From the NCBI GenBank assembly GCA_965223265.1, contig OZ244999.1:2688001-2752000 (forward strand): 64,000 bases of DNA, written 5' to 3'. Position 1 is the first letter of the stretch. Each line of letters starts with the position of its first letter. Both the position numbers and the translations under genes were made by a program. The notes below the pieces were generated by a model. It searched no databases. It was not told the DNA's origin and saw only the letters and a program-made list of their open reading frames with translations. This document shows, one piece after another, positions 59,108-64,000 of the stretch. This DNA comes from Planctomycetota bacterium. GTDB taxonomy: Bacteria; Planctomycetota; UBA8108; SXIK01.

Positions 59108-60001
59108 ATGATTCGCATTCGCTTTCATGGTCGCGGTGGCCACGGCATCAAGACTGCGAGCCGCATCGTCGGCTCGGCTGCGTTTCTAGCCGGCTATCAG
59201 GCTCAGGATTGCCCTGTCTACGGTGCCGAGCGACGGGGCGCCGCCGTCGCTGCTCACACCCGGATCGACCACGAACCGATCCTTGAGCGTGGGGTCATCG
59301 ATCGTCCCGACCTGATCGTCGTCGGCGACGACACGTTGCTGACCGAGCCGAGCGCTGCGGTCTTGACGGGGATCGAGGGCGCCTCTGCGGTATTCGTCAA
59401 CACGGACAAAAGTGCGGAGCAGCTAGCGCAGCACACTGCGGGTGCTCGCTCCATCGCACTTGATCTCACGGGGCGTGCGCTTTCTCAACTCGGTAGAGTC
59501 TCGACGCTGAGTGCGCCACTTGCGGCAGCGGCGCTACGTCTTTCGGGAGTCGGCGAAGTCGAGAGCTTGCGGGCGGCAACACGCGAGGAGCTCGAAGAAT
59601 TGCGGCTTGGCAGCGAGGTGATCGATCAAAACGTCGCGCTGGCGGAGGAGGTTTTCGCCGCTCTGCCTGTCGTCGAGATGCACTCCGCTGGGGCGGCGCA
59701 GAAGACGTCTGTCGTGTCGGTTGAAGATGACGGTTCGTTCCTTGGCACGCCGAGCATCCTGGCGACAGGAAACAGTGCTGCACGCCGCACAGGTTCGTGG
59801 CGCGTGGAGCGTCCGGAGGTCGATCTGGACCAATGCACGCGCTGCGGAATCTGCTTCCTTCGATGTCCGGACGGCGCTATCGCACTCGACGAGCATGGTT
59901 ACCCGATCATCGACTACGACCAGTGCAAGGGCTGTATGATCTGTCTACAGCAGTGCCCGCTGAGCGCCATCGAGCGCCACAAGGAGGTCCGTGCGTGGTG
60001 A
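59108..60001 (+). CDS. 2-oxoacid:ferredoxin oxidoreductase gamma subunit fused to delta (2x4Fe-4S) subunit
   Basis: 'IRFHGRGGHG', 'YGAERRGA', then 'TGSWR..RP.VD...CTRCGIC...CPD...DYDQCKGCMIC...CP'. Confidence 0.9.
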   Translation: MIRIRFHGRGGHGIKTASRIVGSAAFLAGYQAQDCPVYGAERRGAAVAAHTRIDHEPILERGVIDRPDLIVVGDDTLLTEPSAAVLTGIEGASAVFVNTDKSAEQLAQHTAGARSIALDLTGRALSQLGRVSTLSAPLAAAALRLSGVGEVESLRAATREELEELRLGSEVIDQNVALAEEVFAALPVVEMHSAGAAQKTSVVSVEDDGSFLGTPSILATGNSAARRTGSWRVERPEVDLDQCTRCGICFLRCPDGAIALDEHGYPIIDYDQCKGCMICLQQCPLSAIERHKEVRAW

Positions 60002-61239
60002 CGAAGCTGCTCACCGGTAATCAAGCGGCTGCCTGGGGAGCCCGCCTGGCACGCGTCGACTACGTGCCGGCGTTCCCGATCACGCCGCAGACCGAAATCA
60101 TCGAGAAACTCGCCGATTGGTTCGCCGCAGGCGACATGCGTGGAAAATTTGTAACACTCGACGGTGAGCACTCGATGGTGACATCGGCGGGCGCCGCGGC
60201 GGCTACGGGCGTGCGTACTTTTACGGCGACGTCGAGCCAAGGCCTCCTCTACGCTCTCGAGACTCTTTATACGGTGGCGGGGTGGCGTGTGCCGTTTGTG
60301 CTCGTCAACGTCTCGCGTGGTCTTGCCGCGCCGATCACTTTAGGTCCTGATCACAACGATGTCCTTGCGGCGCGCGACACTGGTTTCGTGCAAATCCACG
60401 CCGAGACGTGCCAGGAGGTTCTCGATTCTGTTTTGATGGCGTACCGCATTGCTGAGGACACGCGGGTGATGCTGCCAGTACTCGTCAACCTCGATGGCTT
60501 CTATCTCTCGTTCACGCGAGAGCCAGTCGAGATTCCGAATGCTGAAGTTGTCGCCGACTTTTTGCCGCAGTTCGAACCGACGGCCTCGGTCTTTCGCGCG
60601 TCACGCCCGATCGCGCAGGGGGCAGCGGTGCTCGACGGAGCGACGTACAGCTACTTTCGCTATCAGATGCATCACGCCGTTTGCAACGCCCTCGCCGTGC
60701 ACGACGAGGTCGCGGCAGAGTTCGAGCGTCTCCTCGGGCGTCGCTACGAGGCGCTCGACCTGTACCGAATGGACGACGCTGAGATCGCCCTGGTGATGGT
60801 CGGCTGCTTTGCGACCAAGGGGCGAGAAGCGATCAATAGGTGGCGAGCAGAGGGGCATCGAGTCGGACTCTTACGAGTGCGCCTCGTGCGCCCGTGGCCG
60901 GCTGAACAGTTGGCTGCAGCTCTCAGCGGGCGGCGCGCCGTTGGCGTGATCGACCAGAACCTATCGCCAGGGCTCGGTGGAATTCTTTTCCAAGAAGTGG
61001 CTGGTGCGCTGGTGTCGTGCCCGGAATGCCCACAAACGCTGCGTTCCTTCGTCGGCGGCCTCGGTGGCAAAGACATCAGTCAAGGTGAATTTGATTACGT
61101 GCTCGATGCCTTGACACACCCTCAGCCGCGCGCCGAAGTGACTCGCTCGGAGCTGCTGATGACCCGAACTCAGCAGCAGCGCGTTCGAGGTCATCTCGCT
61201 GCTGCGGGCAAGTCTGGCGCTCCGGAGAAAGAGTCATGA
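59995..61239 (+). CDS. porA: 2-oxoacid (pyruvate-type):ferredoxin oxidoreductase alpha subunit
   Basis: SD AAGGAGG then GTG; 'TGNQAAA', 'AFPITPQTEI', 'EHS', 'TATSSQGL', 'DGFYLS' and 'GLGGKDI'. Confidence 0.88.
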   Translation: MVTKLLTGNQAAAWGARLARVDYVPAFPITPQTEIIEKLADWFAAGDMRGKFVTLDGEHSMVTSAGAAAATGVRTFTATSSQGLLYALETLYTVAGWRVPFVLVNVSRGLAAPITLGPDHNDVLAARDTGFVQIHAETCQEVLDSVLMAYRIAEDTRVMLPVLVNLDGFYLSFTREPVEIPNAEVVADFLPQFEPTASVFRASRPIAQGAAVLDGATYSYFRYQMHHAVCNALAVHDEVAAEFERLLGRRYEALDLYRMDDAEIALVMVGCFATKGREAINRWRAEGHRVGLLRVRLVRPWPAEQLAAALSGRRAVGVIDQNLSPGLGGILFQEVAGALVSCPECPQTLRSFVGGLGGKDISQGEFDYVLDALTHPQPRAEVTRSELLMTRTQQQRVRGHLAAAGKSGAPEKES

Positions 61240-62192
61240 GAGTCAAGCGAGAGTTCTACAAGAACATTAAGGACTTGCCGCAAGCCGAGTACCTCGCACC
61301 AGGCTCGCCCCTCTGTGCCGGGTGCGGTGGGTTGACGACGCTGCGGCTTATACTCAAGGTGCTCGGGGAAAACGTTGTGATCGTCAACGCAGCCGGCTGC
61401 ATGACGCTCATGGCCACGTATCCCTTCACGCCGCTGAAGACATCTTGGCTCTACACGACGATGGCGAGCGCCGCTGCTGGTGCCCAAGGGATTCGTGACG
61501 CGCTCGACGTGCTGCGGGGAACGGGACGATTGTCCGAGGCTGATGACCTCAAGGTTGTCGTCCTTGCAGGCGATGGTTCGACGTACGACATGGGGCTGTC
61601 TGCGACCTCCGGCGCAATCCACCGCGGGCTCGACTTTTGGTACCTGTGCTACGACAACGAAGCGTACGGCAACACGGGTTTTCAGATGTCGAGCTCGTCG
61701 CCGTTTGGATCTCGGACGACGACGTCGACGACAGCCGCTGCGGCAGCGGAAGAGTCGACGCAGAAGAAAAAAGACATGTTCGAGATCTGGCGAGCGCAGC
61801 ACCCAGCGTTCATCGCCACCATCAGTTCGCACCAGCCCGTAGACCTGGCGGAGAAAGTACATCGAGCGCTGGATTTGAAGGGCCCGAAGCTGTTTCTCGG
61901 TCTCGCGACCTGCCCAACCGGCTGGGGATTCAATCCCGAGCTCAGCGAGGAGCTCGCGGGGCTGGCGGTGGAGACTGGCATCTGGCCGCTCAAGGAAGCG
62001 CTGCACGGCAAGGTGCGGCATACGTACATTCCCAATCGCTTCTTGCCCGTCGAGGATTACCTCCGGCCACAGCGGCGGTTTCGCCATCTATTTCAACCAC
62101 AGCGTCAGGAGGATGCGCTTGGGCGAATCCAGTCCAGGGTCGATCGATATTGGGCGCACGTCCGGGAGGAAGAAACACATGAGCGGAGGTGA
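61236..62192 (+). CDS. porB: 2-oxoacid:ferredoxin oxidoreductase beta (TPP-binding) subunit
   Basis: 'CAGCG', 'GC', 'GDG...D.G', 'YDNEAYGNTG.Q.S' and 'CPTGWG'; ATGA overlap with the alpha gene. Confidence 0.9.
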   Translation: MRVKREFYKNIKDLPQAEYLAPGSPLCAGCGGLTTLRLILKVLGENVVIVNAAGCMTLMATYPFTPLKTSWLYTTMASAAAGAQGIRDALDVLRGTGRLSEADDLKVVVLAGDGSTYDMGLSATSGAIHRGLDFWYLCYDNEAYGNTGFQMSSSSPFGSRTTTSTTAAAAAEESTQKKKDMFEIWRAQHPAFIATISSHQPVDLAEKVHRALDLKGPKLFLGLATCPTGWGFNPELSEELAGLAVETGIWPLKEALHGKVRHTYIPNRFLPVEDYLRPQRRFRHLFQPQRQEDALGRIQSRVDRYWAHVREEETHERR

Positions 62193-63291
62193 GTGCGTGC
62201 TGGATCAGTACACCGACGAGCTGGGACCAGAGAAAATCGTCTACGTCCACGATGCACGGAGCGGGCTCCGCGGCATCGTCGTGATCGACAACGTCGCCTG
62301 CGGCCCGGCCATCGGCGGCGTCAGGATGGCTTTGGATGTAACGACCGAGGAGGTGTTTCGGCTGGCGCGCGCGATGACACTGAAGAACGCCGCAGCTGGC
62401 CTACCTCACGGGGGCGGCAAAGCCGGGATCTTGGCAGCTAACCGCACGCCGGACAAAGAGGATCTCATCCGCGCCTTCGGCAGAGCCATTCGCGAGCTCA
62501 CTGACTACATTCCCGGACCGGACATGGGAACCGACGAGACCTGTATGGGGTGGCTGTTCGATGAAACCCGACGAGTCGTTGGTCTGCCTCGGGCGCTTGG
62601 CGGCATCCCTCTCGACGAGATTGGCGCGACCGGCTACGGTCTCGCGCAGTGCGCTGAGGTGGCGGCGCCGTTTTGCGGTTTGAAGCTCGATGGCGCGACG
62701 CTTGCCGTCGAGGGTTTCGGCAACGTTGGTAAGCATGCGGCGCGCTTCCTTGAGGAGGCGGGTGTCAAGCTGGTTGCAGCGAGCGACACTGGAGGGGCGG
62801 TTCACGACCCCAGGGGGATTCCAGTGGCCGCTCTCATCGCTGCGAAATCCGCCGAGGGAAGCGTTACGGGCTACGAGCAGGGACAGCCACTCAAGGCCTC
62901 GGAGATTTTTTCGATCCCGCACGACATCTTGATTCCGGCGGCGAGACCGGACTCGATTCACTCTGGCAACGTGGACTCCGTGCAGGCAAAGCTGATTCTC
63001 CAGGGTGCGAACATTCCCGCCACGGCGGCGGCTGAGGCGGCACTGCACGCGGCCGGTGTGCTTGTCGTTCCAGATTTCATCGCTAATGCGGGCGGCGTGA
63101 TCTGCGGAGCATTCGAATACCATGGTGGTGCCGAGGCAAACGTTTTCGACGAGATTGCTGGGCGCATCCGCCGCAATACCGAGGCAGTGCTCGCACGCTG
63201 CAGCGAGGAAGGCGTGGAACCTCGGCGCGCTGCGATCGATCTCGCGCGCGAGCGGGTCGAGGAGGCCATGAAGTTTCGGCGCGCGCGGTGA
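62179..63291 (+). CDS. Glu/Leu/Phe/Val dehydrogenase
   Basis: 'GPAIGGVRM', 'LARAMTLK', 'GGGKAG', 'PGPDMGT', 'ATGYG', 'GFGNVG', 'GAN' and 'VPDFIANAGGVI'. Confidence 0.92.
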   Translation: MSGGECVLDQYTDELGPEKIVYVHDARSGLRGIVVIDNVACGPAIGGVRMALDVTTEEVFRLARAMTLKNAAAGLPHGGGKAGILAANRTPDKEDLIRAFGRAIRELTDYIPGPDMGTDETCMGWLFDETRRVVGLPRALGGIPLDEIGATGYGLAQCAEVAAPFCGLKLDGATLAVEGFGNVGKHAARFLEEAGVKLVAASDTGGAVHDPRGIPVAALIAAKSAEGSVTGYEQGQPLKASEIFSIPHDILIPAARPDSIHSGNVDSVQAKLILQGANIPATAAAEAALHAAGVLVVPDFIANAGGVICGAFEYHGGAEANVFDEIAGRIRRNTEAVLARCSEEGVEPRRAAIDLARERVEEAMKFRRAR

Positions 63292-63355
63292 ATCGATCGG
63301 CTCTTGACTTGAACCTTTGCCCCCCGGAGGGGCACACCGATTGTTCGAAAGACGG

Positions 63356-63383
63356 AACGGCACACGGAGTCGTGCCTACTACC
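63356..63383 (-). repeat. GTAG-type REP-like palindrome (inverted copy)
   Basis: Reverse complement GGTAGTAGGCACGACTCCGTGTGCCGTT resembles the copy at 10762. Confidence 0.55.
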
Positions 63384-63393
63384 TTGGCCTGAA

Positions 63394-64000
63394 ATGAACG
63401 TCGATCGCAAAGACCGCCTCAAGCTGTCTCGCCAGCACATGCCCGCGCAGCACCCCGAGGTGAGGAAGCGCAATTTCGAAGAGGTGAACTTCGGCCTTCC
63501 CGTTCTCATGGCGAAGCGCGAGGCGCAGCGCTGTCTTGAGTGTGCGCAGCCAGCGTGCGTTCGTGGCTGCCCGCTTGGCGTCAAGATTAGAGAGTTCGTC
63601 GAGCTCGTTTTGCAAGGCGACTACCTCGGGGCGGCGGCGAAGATTCGTGAAGACAACGCGCTACCCGCCATCACATCGAGGGTCTGTCCGCAGGAAAAAC
63701 AGTGCGAAGGAACGTGCGTTCTTGGTAAGCGCTTTGAACCGCTAGCGATCGGCTATTTGGAGCGCTTCGTTGCCGATTACGAGAGACGAACCGGTCGCGT
63801 CGGCTTGCCGCAGCGGGCACCGCGAAGCGGCCAGCGCGTAGCCATCATCGGGAGTGGGCCGGCGGGCCTCAGCGCCGCTGGCGATCTCGTGCAGAAGGGT
63901 CACGAGGCGAAAGTTTTTGAGGCTCAGCACGAAATCGGCGGCATGTTGACCTACGGCATTCCTGAATTCCGCCTGCCGAAGGAAATCGTGCGCGAGGAGG
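63394..64000 (+). CDS. gltA: NADPH-dependent glutamate synthase small-subunit-like / NfnB-SudA-like flavoprotein (truncated by window end; not in ORF track)
   Basis: Manual translation from ATG 63394: 'R..MP...PEVRKRNFEEVNFG...EAQRCLEC..P.CVRGCP...N.LPAIT.RVCPQEKQCE..C...IGYLERFVAD...VAIIGSGPAGL...GG.LTYGIPEFRLPK'. The symbol is used in the homotetrameric glutamate-synthase sense, not citrate synthase. Confidence 0.88.
   Translation, partial: MNVDRKDRLKLSRQHMPAQHPEVRKRNFEEVNFGLPVLMAKREAQRCLECAQPACVRGCPLGVKIREFVELVLQGDYLGAAAKIREDNALPAITSRVCPQEKQCEGTCVLGKRFEPLAIGYLERFVADYERRTGRVGLPQRAPRSGQRVAIIGSGPAGLSAAGDLVQKGHEAKVFEAQHEIGGMLTYGIPEFRLPKEIVREE

Overview
GC-rich bacterial DNA, most consistent with a Planctomycetota genome (PVC-type heme-binding dehydrogenase, lamin-tail/CotH proteins, Cys-containing dockerin-like C-termini). 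No rRNA, tRNA, CRISPR array, integrase or transposase was recognised. Bases 1-45 kb are a patchwork of large secreted proteins, glycan-acting enzymes and small orphan genes, interspersed with several REP-like and MITE-like repeat families. Bases 45-64 kb are a compact stress/low-oxygen cluster: CNNM/CBS protein, HPF fusion, USP, PAC2, glucan phosphorylase, APC permease, ABC exporter, acyl-CoA synthetase, 2-oxoacid:ferredoxin oxidoreductase, amino-acid dehydrogenase and a truncated GltD/NfnB-like gene. The strongest leads are three. (1) A perfectly spaced sigma70 promoter and a ~170-nt highly pairable leader precede an ankyrin protein with a 'LxxxRKQAK...AQxxIARxYGFxSW' N-terminal domain, suggesting a structured RNA plus cognate protein. 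(2) A secreted (dockerin-cohesin)x3-dockerin protein and three other dockerin-tagged proteins suggest a non-cellulolytic cellulosome-like assembly. (3) A duplicated sialidase 3' end brackets two genes, and its copy has taken two TTAA-targeting MITEs at the stop codon. All family assignments come from motif recognition by eye; no database searches were run.
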